Positions 7,847 to 19,900 of a stretch of 46,647 nucleotides of DNA are shown here, one piece after another. The position numbers were made by a program, and so were the translations under genes. This stretch comes from a virus. Location of the stretch: IMG/VR virus record IMGVR_UViG_3300045988_053844, positions 1 through 46,647 of that record; one strand, 5' to 3'. How positions within the stretch are numbered: the stretch's first letter is position 1; each line of letters opens with the position of its first letter. The notes under the pieces are model-generated. The model was not told the DNA's origin and made no database searches. It saw only the letters and a program-made list of their open reading frames with translations.

Positions 7847-10648
7847 ATGGCTAGTGGGTTAACACCTTATTATTTATTGCAGCCTGCGTTTACCGGCGGC
7901 GAAATCAGCACCGAAGTTGCCAACCGCGTCGATTTAGATAAGTACCAATTTGCGGTGCTGCAAGCCTATAACTGCCTTATCAAGCCGCACGGCCCTATTT
8001 ATCGCAGACCGGGCATGAAGTATATGGCACGAACGAAATATAACGATAAAGCGTGCATCCTGGTACCATTCAACGGCGCAGACAATACCGACTATCTTTT
8101 GGAGATTGGCGAGAAATATATAAGGGTGCATAAGAACGGACTTTATATAAACATAGAAGTTATGACACCGTACACGGCGGATATGCTGCAAGATTTGAGA
8201 TTTGTACAAAGCGCAGACACTATGTTTATTGCAAGCGGCAAATATCCCGTGAAACAGCTTGCAAGATATTCAGACACTGACTGGCGTTTTGCTGATTTTG
8301 AAATTACTGATATGTATTTTGACGAATCAACTACGCTTGAAAATTATAGCGGCATAAGCTATACCGTGCCCGGCTCTTACAATTTCCAACCAACTGTTAC
8401 CGGCGAATATCAAATTGATATAGCTGGCGCAGGCGGCGGCGGTGGTGCCGTTACATGGAGAAGGCACGGAGAACACCAAGTTTATAATTATGCCGCCAAA
8501 GGTGGCGACGGCGGCAGTGGTGAACGCATTATAAAAACTCTAACGCTGACCAAAGGCACAAGTTACACGATTACAGTCGGTAGCGGCGGCAGCGGCGGGG
8601 CTTATGCTCATAGTGCAGGCAACTACGAAGATACAACAGCTACTAGCGGCACTAAAGGCGCAGACAGTACGGCGTGTGGACTAACAGGCAGAGGCGGCGG
8701 CGCAGGCGGCGCGGCTAGCCGTATGTATGGCAAGGACGGCTATTATTCTAATGTTGGCACGCAAGGCATAACATACGGCGCAGGTGGCGGTGCTGCAGGT
8801 GGCGCAGGCGGTACAAGAAGGGGCGGTGTGAGTGGTAAAGCAGGCGCTAATGGCTGGGTAAAGATTTTATATACCGGCAATAAAGAATTGACACCTTCGG
8901 GAACGCAAGGCGATATTACCTTGACGAGCAACAAGAATATTTTCGCTAGCAGCAAGCCTGGCGCGTATATCAAACTTAAACAAGAGATTGCAAGCAAGAC
9001 TGTATCAACCAGCAACGGCACTACTGAAAGAGTGCGCGTAGGCGAAAATTGGAAGGTTATCAGTCACGGAACTTGGAGTGGCAGTTTTGCTATAGAAAAA
9101 AGCGACGATGGCGAAAGTTGGAAGGAATACAGAAAATATACATCTAAAGACGATTACAACCCGTCCGAAAGCGGCAGCGTAACAGAACCGGTATTTTTAA
9201 GGGCGGTATGTACTATCAGTAGCGGTACTTGCACTGTTGATTTAACAGCAATGGCCTACAATGCGGAAGGCGTTGTAAAGATTACTGAAATCACCAGCGA
9301 CAGCACGGCAAAAGCTCATGTTGAAAAAGAGTTAGGCTCAACAGATATGACTACTAACTTTTTATGGGGCGCATGGAGTGAAGAATTCGGATACCCGCAA
9401 ACACTTTGCTTTTTCCAGGACAGACTATGCTTTGGTGGCACGAAGAAGCAGCCTTACATGGTATGGATGAGCAGAACTGGTGACTACGGCAATTTCAGTG
9501 TAGAGAAAGCCAGCGGCACTGTTACCGACGATAGCGCAGTAGCACTTGCGTTTGTGAGCCGCAAGCAGTTTAAGATTTTACACTTGATAGCAAGCACCGA
9601 TTTAATCGTCTTGACTGCGGGTAACGAATGGACAGTAAGCGGTAGCGATACTGTAACACCATCTAAAGCCGTTCCCAAAATGCAGACTACACGCGGATGC
9701 AGCACTGTTGAGCCGTTGATGATTGGCGGCAGAATCGTGTTTGTACAAGGACGTGGAAGCACTGTAAGGGATATGGCATATAGTTATGAAACAGACAGCT
9801 ACGGCGGCAATGACTTAACATTGCTGGCAAAGCATATCATAGAGAATGTACAGATTGTCGACAGCGCATATAAGCAGGAACCCGACAGCACTATATACTT
9901 TGTGAGAAGTGACGGAACTATGGCTTGCTTATCCTACATCATGGAACAAAAGGTATATGCCTGGTCGACGATAGAAACACAAGGCAAGATTGAAGCTGTG
10001 GCAGCAGTGCAGGAAGGCGATGAAGATATTATTTATCTTGTAGTACAGCGAGAGATAAACGGCGCAATAGTACGCAATATCGAATATCTGGCAAAGAATC
10101 CTGCAAAGAGCAATAACCCCGACGATTATATTATGCTTGATAATGCTATTGAGTATAGCACTGCTGAAAAGAGCAGTGGGGAAACAGAGATTGATGCGGC
10201 AGAGTTGGCAGGTGAAAAAGTTACTGTTATCGGTGATGGAAGAATGTATAGCGGACTGACAGTAAGTCAAGACGGCACTGTGACGCTCCCGGCGGCCGTA
10301 CAACACGCTTTTATTGGCTTGCCCTATAGAAGTATCGTGGAACTTCCAAACGTCGAAATTAAGACTGGTGACGGCACTATGCAAGGACGCAAAAAGCAGA
10401 TTAGTAATTGCATCCTGCGTTTAAGTAATTCTCTTGGCGGCATGGTCGGGCCGGATATAAATACTATGGACTTGATGAACTTTGATGAGCAGAACGCAGT
10501 GAGCGATATTAAATTATTTACCGGTGACAAGCATATGACTTTGCCTATTGGCGGCTTTAATAACGAAGGCAGAGTGATTATCGTTACGGATGAGCCATAT
10601 CCTTTTAACTTGCTGGCGGTAGTGCGGGAGGTGTCTTTCGGTGGCTAA
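7847..10648 (+). CDS. Tail tubular protein B / nozzle-like protein with an inserted glycine-rich domain, 933 aa
   Basis: Occupies the T7 gp12 position. Contains an insertion of about 160 aa (nt ~8400-8880) rich in GGGG/GSGG runs. Confidence 0.6.
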   Translation: MASGLTPYYLLQPAFTGGEISTEVANRVDLDKYQFAVLQAYNCLIKPHGPIYRRPGMKYMARTKYNDKACILVPFNGADNTDYLLEIGEKYIRVHKNGLYINIEVMTPYTADMLQDLRFVQSADTMFIASGKYPVKQLARYSDTDWRFADFEITDMYFDESTTLENYSGISYTVPGSYNFQPTVTGEYQIDIAGAGGGGGAVTWRRHGEHQVYNYAAKGGDGGSGERIIKTLTLTKGTSYTITVGSGGSGGAYAHSAGNYEDTTATSGTKGADSTACGLTGRGGGAGGAASRMYGKDGYYSNVGTQGITYGAGGGAAGGAGGTRRGGVSGKAGANGWVKILYTGNKELTPSGTQGDITLTSNKNIFASSKPGAYIKLKQEIASKTVSTSNGTTERVRVGENWKVISHGTWSGSFAIEKSDDGESWKEYRKYTSKDDYNPSESGSVTEPVFLRAVCTISSGTCTVDLTAMAYNAEGVVKITEITSDSTAKAHVEKELGSTDMTTNFLWGAWSEEFGYPQTLCFFQDRLCFGGTKKQPYMVWMSRTGDYGNFSVEKASGTVTDDSAVALAFVSRKQFKILHLIASTDLIVLTAGNEWTVSGSDTVTPSKAVPKMQTTRGCSTVEPLMIGGRIVFVQGRGSTVRDMAYSYETDSYGGNDLTLLAKHIIENVQIVDSAYKQEPDSTIYFVRSDGTMACLSYIMEQKVYAWSTIETQGKIEAVAAVQEGDEDIIYLVVQREINGAIVRNIEYLAKNPAKSNNPDDYIMLDNAIEYSTAEKSSGETEIDAAELAGEKVTVIGDGRMYSGLTVSQDGTVTLPAAVQHAFIGLPYRSIVELPNVEIKTGDGTMQGRKKQISNCILRLSNSLGGMVGPDINTMDLMNFDEQNAVSDIKLFTGDKHMTLPIGGFNNEGRVIIVTDEPYPFNLLAVVREVSFGG

Positions 10649-11138
10649 GAAGTGGACAGTTGAAATACTTGATAATAAGTCAAAAGAAAATGTTGTGCTG
10701 TTGATTGAAGAACTTATGCAAGATATACGGCCGCATGATAAGGAAGATTTGGAAGCAAGCAGTGACCCGGTATTTGTACTCATTGGTAGTATCAAGCTTG
10801 ACGAAGAAACAAGGGTATACCGTGGTGAGGATGGCAAACTGCTTGCGATATTCGGCAAGGGCACTATGGAATGGGGCGCACCAGGGCGCGGTATTTGGAT
10901 GGTTGGCACGAACGAACTTTACAACGGGTACACAAAGAGCCTGCTTTTCAAGGAGGCTAAAAGAGTGCTGAATGAATGGGTGCGTAAGCATGGACTGCTG
11001 CACAATATCGTCTACGAGAAGAACCGCACTAGCATTAACTATTTAAGACACTTGGGGGCGGTATTCTTGGTAGAGCCTAAAATAGGTTGGGACGGCAAAA
11101 AGTTTTATCAGTTTTATATTCCATATAGAGGGGAGTGA
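10641..11138 (+). CDS. T7 gp13-position protein (DUF2833/GNAT-like by recollection), 165 aa
   Basis: GTG start overlaps the nozzle stop, with a GGGAGGTG RBS. The motif LHNIVYEKNRTSINYLRHLG resembles that family. Confidence 0.4.
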   Translation: MAKKWTVEILDNKSKENVVLLIEELMQDIRPHDKEDLEASSDPVFVLIGSIKLDEETRVYRGEDGKLLAIFGKGTMEWGAPGRGIWMVGTNELYNGYTKSLLFKEAKRVLNEWVRKHGLLHNIVYEKNRTSINYLRHLGAVFLVEPKIGWDGKKFYQFYIPYRGE

Positions 11139-11143
11139 ACGTA

Positions 11144-11797
11144 ATGGGTACACTTGGAATCTTAATGGGGCTGCAAACTGTTATGCAGTTAAGCGGCCAG
11201 CATCAGCAGGCCAAACAGCAGGAACAGGCATATAAAGCGCAGGCGCAGGCCGCACAGCAGAACGCGGCTATTATGAGCCGCCAACGTGAGCAGCAAGCAG
11301 AAGCATATGCGCAGAAGCAGAGCCAGCTTAACGATAGAATGAGGCTTGCAAGGGGGCAGGCGCTGGCGGCGGCAGGCAGCAGCGGCCTAACTAGCGGCGG
11401 CAGTGTCAGCGATATTCTTTCAAGCAGTGAGAACGCTTACAGAAAAGACAGCATGAATCTGTTGCAGAATCAGCGCAATGATGCGTGGAGCACTTATGTA
11501 AACGAAGTCAATTACCGCAACCAGGCAAGCGCATATAATGCGGCGGCGAAGAACGCTAAAGCCAACGGCAAAATGCAGATGTTTAGTACGCTTGTAGGTG
11601 CGGCGGCGAACGCTTACTCTAAAGGTATGATTGGCGGCAGCAAGGGAACAACTACGGTAAGCAGTGACGATTGGTACGATGCTAACAGTGATTTCAATCT
11701 TCCTGCTAGCAATATGAACGGCTTCAATCTTTACAACCAGGCAAAGAAGAATAACCAGTTCATGGATAATACAGGCTTTACTAAATGGAACTGGTAA
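11144..11797 (+). CDS. Internal virion (core) protein, gp14-like, 217 aa
   Basis: Hydrophobic N-terminus MGTLGILMGLQTVM, then a Q/A-rich coiled coil. Position follows the T7 order. A GTG at 11135 is an alternative start. Confidence 0.55.
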   Translation: MGTLGILMGLQTVMQLSGQHQQAKQQEQAYKAQAQAAQQNAAIMSRQREQQAEAYAQKQSQLNDRMRLARGQALAAAGSSGLTSGGSVSDILSSSENAYRKDSMNLLQNQRNDAWSTYVNEVNYRNQASAYNAAAKNAKANGKMQMFSTLVGAAANAYSKGMIGGSKGTTTVSSDDWYDANSDFNLPASNMNGFNLYNQAKKNNQFMDNTGFTKWNW

Positions 11798-11809
11798 GGG
11801 AGGTGCAGT

Positions 11810-13930
11810 ATGAAGATTGCAGGTTATCAAGGCAGCGTCAATTTAGGTACCGGTGGCGGTGCGACTGTCAAGGTATCGAGTGACCTTAACGCTTATGGCA
11901 GCGGCGGCAAAGGACTTGCCGCTATTGCCGGTGCCGCCAACAAATGGGCGGTAGCAGTAGAAGCACAGCAGGAAGATGAGGACAAACAGTCCATTCTTAA
12001 TGCTATGGATATATTTAATAAGAGCCGTTATAACATCATGTACAACGATGAAAGCGGCCTTATGAATACAAAGTTAGAAGGCACTGCCGGTGCAGGCGCA
12101 AGCTACACAGAGCAGATAAATAAAGCAAGGCAGGATGTATTAAGTAATACCAAATTGCACAGCCAAAAGAACCAGCTTGCATTAGACCATTTAATGTATC
12201 AGAGCGCACAGCAAGGCTTCCAGACTGTCGACCAATACGAGCAGAAGCAAAAAGAAGCAGTCACTGATTTGCGCTATGACAATAATATTCAGAACTCCTG
12301 CGAGTTTGTACAGAAGAACTGGAACAACCCGCAGGCGCTGCAAGATGAAATTATTCGTACACAGTTGCTGACAAGTGCTATATATGGCAAGCGTGGCGCA
12401 GAGTTTATCGAATCTAAGAGCAGAGCCAACATTGGGCAGGTGGTAGCAAGTGCCGTCGGTGCAAGCATCACCAACGAAGATTATGGCACTATGCGTAACA
12501 TCATGGATAAGTACGGTAGTTATCTGACTGCCAATCAGCGAGCTGCTTTTGAGAAGGTGGCATACGATAAAGAGAGCAGCGCTTTTGAAAGAAATACCGC
12601 TAAAGATTTGTATGCTAAATATGGCGACAATGAAGAAGCGGTACGCAAAGAACTTGAAGGCATGAAAGGATTTAGCGGCGGCGAAAGCGGTAATGATTTT
12701 GAGAATTTGCTAACTTCTTTCGGTATTCAAGAGAGCGGCGGCAATTATAACGCCAAGAATGGCCGTACAGGCGCAAGCGGCAAATATCAGATTTTGCCTA
12801 GTAACTGGCCTAGCTGGAGTCAAGAAGCAGGCTTGCCAGCAGGTGCGGAAATGACACCGGAAAATCAAGAGATTGTAGCACGCTTTAAGTTAAAACAATA
12901 CTATGATAAATACGGTGCAGCAGGTGCAGCGGTAGCATGGTATAGCGGAGAAACTAATGCACAACGCTGGGTGAGCGGTAAAACAACGGATGTATGGGGG
13001 AATACCTGGGACACTCCGCAGCATGGGAATGAGCCTAGTATCAAAGAATATGCAGAGAGTGTTACCAACAGAGCGGGAAGTGTGCGCAGCACTCACAACA
13101 TGAGCCAGGATGAGCAAGACCGCATTATGAAGCAGTACCGCACTATTAAAGCAGACCATGACAGAATAGAAACTTATAAGAAAAACAAACTTTTTGAAGG
13201 GATAAAAAATGAGATATTTGCTATGTTTGGTAACGGCACAAGCTATAGTGAAGCTATGGCGTGGGCTACTAACCAGGCAGGCAGTGACCCCGACAAGTAT
13301 GTAACTTATCGCAATGCTGTTAATGCTATATATGGACCGCAAGGCAGAAGCGGTAGCGGTGGAAGCAGTAACGGAAAACTTGATGACGATGCAATAGGCG
13401 TACTGGAAGATATGCTGCAAGAAGGCAAGTTTTCTAGCATTGACCAATTCTTGGCATACGCTGCTAACAAAGGTGCATCATCTGCGCAGCGTGGGAAGTT
13501 AGAAAAAATATACAAAGATTGGTATAGCGGTACAGGCGAATTTGCTTTTGATATGGAAGGCCTTGTGCAACAAGTCGCAGGTAAAAATGCTGATGCACTG
13601 TACAAGAAGAAAATCCAAAACTATGGGCGGCAATGGGTACGCGCTTATCGCGTAAAAAATCACGGCATGAATCCGGGTGAAACGGAGTTGTTGGAAGCCT
13701 TGCAAAACTGCGTAACTACTAAGGTTTACGGCAGCTATGTTACCGAAAAACATTCATTCTGGTTTGACAGTACAGAAGATATAAAAGCAAGTGACGCAGA
13801 TTTGATTGCACGTGGTATCGCAAGCGTAAATAAAACCGGGGATGATTGGTACGATGTTAAATGGTTGGATGGCACATCGGGCAAAATAAACGGTGCATAT
13901 CTGGCAAAGTTACTGAAAGGAGATTACTAA
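11810..13930 (+). CDS. Internal virion protein with lytic transglycosylase (SLT) domain, 706 aa
   Basis: GIQESGGNYNAKNGRTGASGKYQI (nt 12722-12793) is the SLT catalytic-Glu signature. GGGAGG RBS. Confidence 0.75.
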   Translation: MKIAGYQGSVNLGTGGGATVKVSSDLNAYGSGGKGLAAIAGAANKWAVAVEAQQEDEDKQSILNAMDIFNKSRYNIMYNDESGLMNTKLEGTAGAGASYTEQINKARQDVLSNTKLHSQKNQLALDHLMYQSAQQGFQTVDQYEQKQKEAVTDLRYDNNIQNSCEFVQKNWNNPQALQDEIIRTQLLTSAIYGKRGAEFIESKSRANIGQVVASAVGASITNEDYGTMRNIMDKYGSYLTANQRAAFEKVAYDKESSAFERNTAKDLYAKYGDNEEAVRKELEGMKGFSGGESGNDFENLLTSFGIQESGGNYNAKNGRTGASGKYQILPSNWPSWSQEAGLPAGAEMTPENQEIVARFKLKQYYDKYGAAGAAVAWYSGETNAQRWVSGKTTDVWGNTWDTPQHGNEPSIKEYAESVTNRAGSVRSTHNMSQDEQDRIMKQYRTIKADHDRIETYKKNKLFEGIKNEIFAMFGNGTSYSEAMAWATNQAGSDPDKYVTYRNAVNAIYGPQGRSGSGGSSNGKLDDDAIGVLEDMLQEGKFSSIDQFLAYAANKGASSAQRGKLEKIYKDWYSGTGEFAFDMEGLVQQVAGKNADALYKKKIQNYGRQWVRAYRVKNHGMNPGETELLEALQNCVTTKVYGSYVTEKHSFWFDSTEDIKASDADLIARGIASVNKTGDDWYDVKWLDGTSGKINGAYLAKLLKGDY

Positions 13931-16900
13931 ATGGCTAATGAACCTTTAGACGAATTCGACCGCAGATTAAAGGCAAAAAAGGAATATGCTAATTATGGCT
14001 TTATTGCTGATATTGACAGCGGCTTGTCACCTGCTGAAACTCTAGGCTTTTATGACCTGCAAAAAATGAGTGACGATGAATACAACAAGTTTTCGCAGGC
14101 AGTAAAAAGCAATAGCTCACCGACGATTGATACTAGCAGTATTATCAACGACGATAAGCCGGGCATAGGCACTGCCGTAATGAACGGCCTTAAAGGTTCG
14201 GTGCGTGGCTTATTCGGTGCGGCTAAAGCGGCCGTTGACGCTAATATTGAAGCTCATAAGGGTGACAAGAATGTTGTTAAAGAGTATGACCAATCAGAGA
14301 ACATCAGCAAGGCTTTAGGCTATGTCACCGATGAGATTTTGAAGCGCGAAGAAGTTAAGGCTGATACGGCGGCTGGGCAACTTGGTTATGATTTGGCCGA
14401 AAATGGTATTCAGCTTTTAGTACAGCTTGCACTGACTAAAGGCGCAGGCGCTGCCGGTGCAGGAATGAAAACTGTACACGCTATCAGTATGCTTTACAAT
14501 GGTGCAAACATCAGCGGTGAACAATATCTGCGACTGCGCAAAGAAGGCGTAAACGCAAGCAGAGCGGCAGAAGCAGGCTTGATGAACGCTGTGCCGCAGG
14601 CGGTATTGGAAGAACTGCCGCTTGGCAGACTGCTAAAGAAGATGCCAGCCGGTAGCGGTCTGAAAGCTAAGATTTGGGAAGTCACTAAACGCGGCCTTGA
14701 AGAAGGCGTTACCGAAGCATTGCAGGAATTCCCGGAACAGGCGACGGACTTATGGGCAAAGAACCCAGGTGCAAGTACTGCAAAACTTGCGGAAATGTGG
14801 GGTGAGAACTGGCAGCAGAATTTGAAGGAAGCAGGCTATAGCGGCCTTATCGGCGGTATCCTTGGCGGTACAGTCAGTGGCGTAAGCGTTGCCGTTGACA
14901 GTGCCGTTGAGCACGTAGCCTTGAAAGCGAACGAAGAACGCAAGGCAAAGTTAGTAGCAGACGCTGAACGAATCAAAGAAACAGGCATTAACCCCGAATA
15001 CGCAGGAGCAAGCATTGACGCTATTAATGCTAACGTAGAGGATAATACTGTTACTGTATCAGCGCAGGATTTAGAAGGCTACAAGCAGACTAGCAACAAT
15101 AATAAACTTTTTGAGGAATTGGGAATTACCGAAGAAGAAGTTGCAATGGCTGCGGAGCTGGGGCAGGATATAGATATTAGCCGTGGCAAGTTTACGGCGG
15201 CTATGGCTAAGGACAATGCACTGTTTGAGGCTACAAAAGACAATATGTATTTTGACAGCAACGGCGAATTGTCGGACGGCGGCGCAAAGACACGTAAGGA
15301 ATTGCGAGAAGGCTATAACTTAACCAGGCAAGCAAGTACGGAGCTTGACGCAGAACTTGACGCTATTGTTGACAGCGCTACTAAAGCCGGTATGAATAAA
15401 TCTCATGCTGGCAATTTGCGCTTAGTGCTGGAGAGCCGCGCACTTATTGCAGACCCCGAAAATCCTGCTGCATGGCTGCAAAAGAATAAGCTGCGCTTTG
15501 AAGATGGCGGCAAAGCTAAACAAAAGAATGGCTGGTTTAGCAAGGGAGGAGTGCTTAAAAAAGAGCAATTCTATACTACTAATATTACCGGAAATGAGAT
15601 GGGACACTATTCAGATTTGAAGAGCTTGCAGAAAAAGGCTTTTGCATGGTATAGGGACAACTTGCAAGGCACGAGCGTTCATAATAGTGTATTGGGTGAT
15701 ATTAGAATAGATAAAGGGTATCAAGAAAATAATATTAAATTTGGCACAAGTGGCAGAAAGAAAATGGAACACACTTCCGCTAAAAAAGAAAAACTTTTTG
15801 CATTGCGCTATTTACGTGAAATTATGGAGAATGGTAATTTCGTTACAGAATCTGCGCCGCAAAAAGAAAAACATTCAGACGAGAATTTTTATTATATTCA
15901 TTCTGCACTGAATGTTAATGGTGAAAAACGTTATGTAGTTGTTACAGTAAGAGAACATAATGATAAATCATTATCATATTATAATCATAATGTTTTTAAC
16001 GAAAGTGAGTATAAAAAAATAGAGGACGCGTTCAAGCCCTCGGGTTCCGAGCAATTCAAGGCTCAGCCCAGTATCTCAAACAAAACGTCCTCTTTTGCTG
16101 ATAGTGTATCACAAAAAGCAGATAATTACAAGCAACAAAAAATTGTCAATGGTACACTGAAAGATAAAGGCATGATTTCCCCAATGGATGATGGTACTTA
16201 TGTTATCACGCTTTTTAAGGGCGCAGATGCAAGTACAGTTATCCACGAAACAGGACACTACTTTGTGGAAACCATGATTAACGAAGCATTGGCAGACCCC
16301 AGCAACACAAGACTAAACGCTGATGCGAAAAAGCTCATGGAGTATGCAGGCATTGACGCTGACACATGGGCAAGCGGTGACGTTGAAGCAAAGAGAGCCG
16401 GGCATGAAAAACTGGCAGAAGCATTTGAAACCTACATCATGGAAGGCAAAGCGCCTAGTGTTGGCTTGCGCGGAGTGTTCCAGAGATTCGCTAATTGGTT
16501 ATCAGCTATTTATAGTAAGATAGCAAGAAGTGAAAATGCGGCAGAATTAACGCCGGAAGTACGGCAGGTATTCGACAGAATGTTGGCGTGCCGTGAAGAA
16601 ATTGAAGTTATGGCGCGCATGGAGGGCATATTCGGCGGCTTGCCGGAGAATATAACATCCAAGTTATCAGACCAAAATAAAAAGACCTTGCAGGATAAAA
16701 TCTTGAAGGCTAAAGACAAGGCCGTGGATATTCTGACAAGGCGCGCAATGGCTGATTTCAGCGCAAAGCGCAGAGCTGAAAAGGCTGCTTTCATCGAAGA
16801 AATACGTCCGCAGATTGAGCAGGCAGTAGCGCAAGAACTTGTCAATCGTGCAAGAGTGCAAGTCGGGCAGGAATTTGGGCAAGAATCAAAACTTGCTAAT

Positions 16901-19900
16901 CCCGCAATTATTGCGAGAAAATACAGACACGTTTTAGGAAGCGTACTGCCAAACTATAATGATATGCTGAACGATACTAATGCCAGCATTGACGATATAC
17001 TTAATCCGATAGTTGAGTATCTTCAAGCAGAAGTCGACACATACGGCACACTTTCTAAAGAGCGTGTCGCAAACGCCAAAGATATGCTGGTTGCTATGTT
17101 CAGCAAGTCAAGACAGAAAACCGTTACGAATCCTACATTCGTTGTTGATGAGCACGGCATGGCTCATGCTAACTTTAGGCAGAAAATCAACGAATGGGAA
17201 ACAATCGAAGCTAATCCGCGTAGGCTTGCAAGAAAATACATTTATGGTAATGAGCGCATAAACTATAACGAACTGTTAAAAGATACAAACGGAGCTATTG
17301 ACGATATTTTGAATCCTATTGCTGACAGAATAGAAAGTGAGCTTGCGGAATACCAAGATACAGTCAAGAGTGAACGTGCGTTTTTTATCAATGGCAAGTG
17401 GGGCTACTTCGCCGCAACCAATAGAACAGAAGGCAAGTATGCAAACGATTTTGCAGGCATACCGGACCAGAGTGCAGTCTTGGTTGACTTCGGCGAGATA
17501 GGCAAAGACGGAAAACGTCATTGGACTAAGCGAGCTTTAGAGCAAGCGGATATTGAAGGCCTTGTATTCCATGAAGCAGGCGACAGTATTCGTAATGTCA
17601 ACTGGGTGTCAAGATACGTTCACGATTACGGCGGCAACATAAGCGACTTGACCAGCAAAAAAGGACGCAGGAAAATTGCCGAAAAGATTGCAAGAGGCGA
17701 AGACATAGCGGACTACTACGATTTGCGCAGCACCGGTTTAGATTATGGCGATGCCGAAATTAAGGCAGACTTTAAACATGTTGTCGATGAGCTGGACAGA
17801 CTGCAAGCGTTGAAGCATAGACTTGAAACAGACCCCGAAGGCGTCGACCTGGTAAAAGAAAGTAAGCGCAACCAATTATCGCAGGAGCAAAAAGAACTCT
17901 TTGACCAGATAGCAGAGGAAAACGGCTATGCCGGCGGCTATGAAATGGCAAGAGAGATTGTCGAAGGTTATACCGTCAATGAGAATGAGGGTAGCGACGT
18001 GCAGGATAACTGGGCGAGAAACTACATTCGCAACGGCGGTGACAAAGCAAAGCTCAAAAGCGAAGAAGGCTTGAAAGAGATTGCTGAAACTTTGGTAGAG
18101 GGTGAGCAGCTTACAGAGCTTAACGAGCTTAAAGCCTTGAAGCACGAGCTTGAAACTAATCCGGATAAAGTCGACCTTGTGGAGATGAGCAAAAAGCGTG
18201 CCTTGTCTAACGAGCAGAGAGAACTGTTTGACTGGGTGGCTGACAGTTTGGGCTATGACAGTGGCGATGCTATGGCGCAGGATATTTTGACTTCACCGAG
18301 CGAAAGAGCTATGGTACGTCAAGAGATTGACAAGGCTGTGAACCGCAGATTCCCCGACTTCATGCAGGAGCGTGAGCAGGCAAGAGAAGCGGCAAGGGAA
18401 GCACTCTATAATGACGAGAGCGGCGAAGTGGTGGCACTTGAACAACAGCTTATTGATGAGGCACTCAACGAAATAAGCAACAAGGATATTAAGCAAAAAG
18501 AGCGTGAGAATATTGCTAAAGTGCGGAAGCAGAACGCAGACAATTTTGCTAAACGCTATATTCAGACTTTGCCAGCAGGCGAAGTTATGAAGCCGAGAAG
18601 ATTTGCTATGGCAGAACGCAGAGCGGCGGCTAATGCAAACAAGGCTGCTAAAGCCGGACTTTTGGAAGAAGCGGCTATGTATAAGCAGCAGCAGATGATT
18701 AATCACGCTTTGTATCGTGAAGCAGTCAAGGCCAAACATCAGATTGAAAGCGCAAGAAAGTACGTCAAAAAGCAGATGCACAGCAAGAAAGAAGTGTGGG
18801 GAACAGAGCAGCACTTCTTCCAGATGTGCGCATTGCTGGAGCGTATGGGCTATCACCGCAAGGACTTTAACACCAACGGCAGAGAAGTGCAGCCGCTTAG
18901 CGATTACATTGCAGAGATGCAGGCAAAGTACGGTGACGAAATTATTTCTATGCCGGAGTTTGTTTTGAACCCGAATAATGATTTGACCAATGCACCGCAG
19001 CTTAGCCTTGCGAACTATATGGACGTTATCGACGCACTGAAAAACATTCGTGCTATTGCAAAGCAGGATACGCAGATGAACAAAATCGCCGCCGGTGAAG
19101 CCTTTGAACAGGTTAAGGCTGACACGATAGCGCACCTGCAAGAATTGCCGGTAGAGTATGAGGCGGAGATTGGCAGCGACAGCAAAAAGAGCCTGCGTAA
19201 GCGAATTGTCGAATGGCCTAAAAACTTCATGGCTACGCTGCGTAATGCTGATAACTTCTTCTTGATGATGGATAATTGGACAGAAGGTTATTTTACTAGG
19301 GAATTTTACAACAAAATCAACCATTGCGCAGATATGGAAAGCACGATGCTTGAAGGTTATCAGAAGGAGCTTACAGATGCTTTGCAGAAATGGGAGCCAG
19401 ACAAAGAAACCGGCATTGCGCACGATAAAAGAATTTACTACGAAGAACTTGGCGGCAGCGCAGATAAGCATGCTTTGATTGCTATGCTGTGCAACCTGGG
19501 CAGTGATAGTAATGCTGCAAGGCTGTGTTCGCAAAAACCGGTAGGCGTAAAGAATTCTGATATATGGGTGGAAGAATCGGAGCTTATAGGCAAAGAAGAA
19601 GCAATGCTGCAAACCAAACAAAACCTTATAGAGTTTTTGTGCAAGCATCTGACTAAAGCAGATATTGCCTATGCCCAGGCGCGTATCAATGCAGCAAGTA
19701 AATTCTGGCCTATGCTGGCAGAAGTCAACCGCAGAACAAAAGGCTTTGAGCCGCCTAAGATTGAAGCGTCGCCGCTGGTGATGAAGCTTGCAAGCGGTGA
19801 AAGCGTGGTATTTGAAGGTGGTTACTTCCCGTTGGAGCGTGATACACGTACCGGCAGTATGCCCGGTAAATTCGACAGAATCGACAGTACCGAAGAAGGC

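Noticed and set aside
18293-19648. 451-aa ORF on the minus strand inside the polyvalent-protein gene
   Set aside because: It is antisense to a strongly supported 7.36-kb gene and has no RBS. The translation is F/C/H/L-rich and not protein-like. A long open antisense frame is expected from the codon bias of the sense gene.
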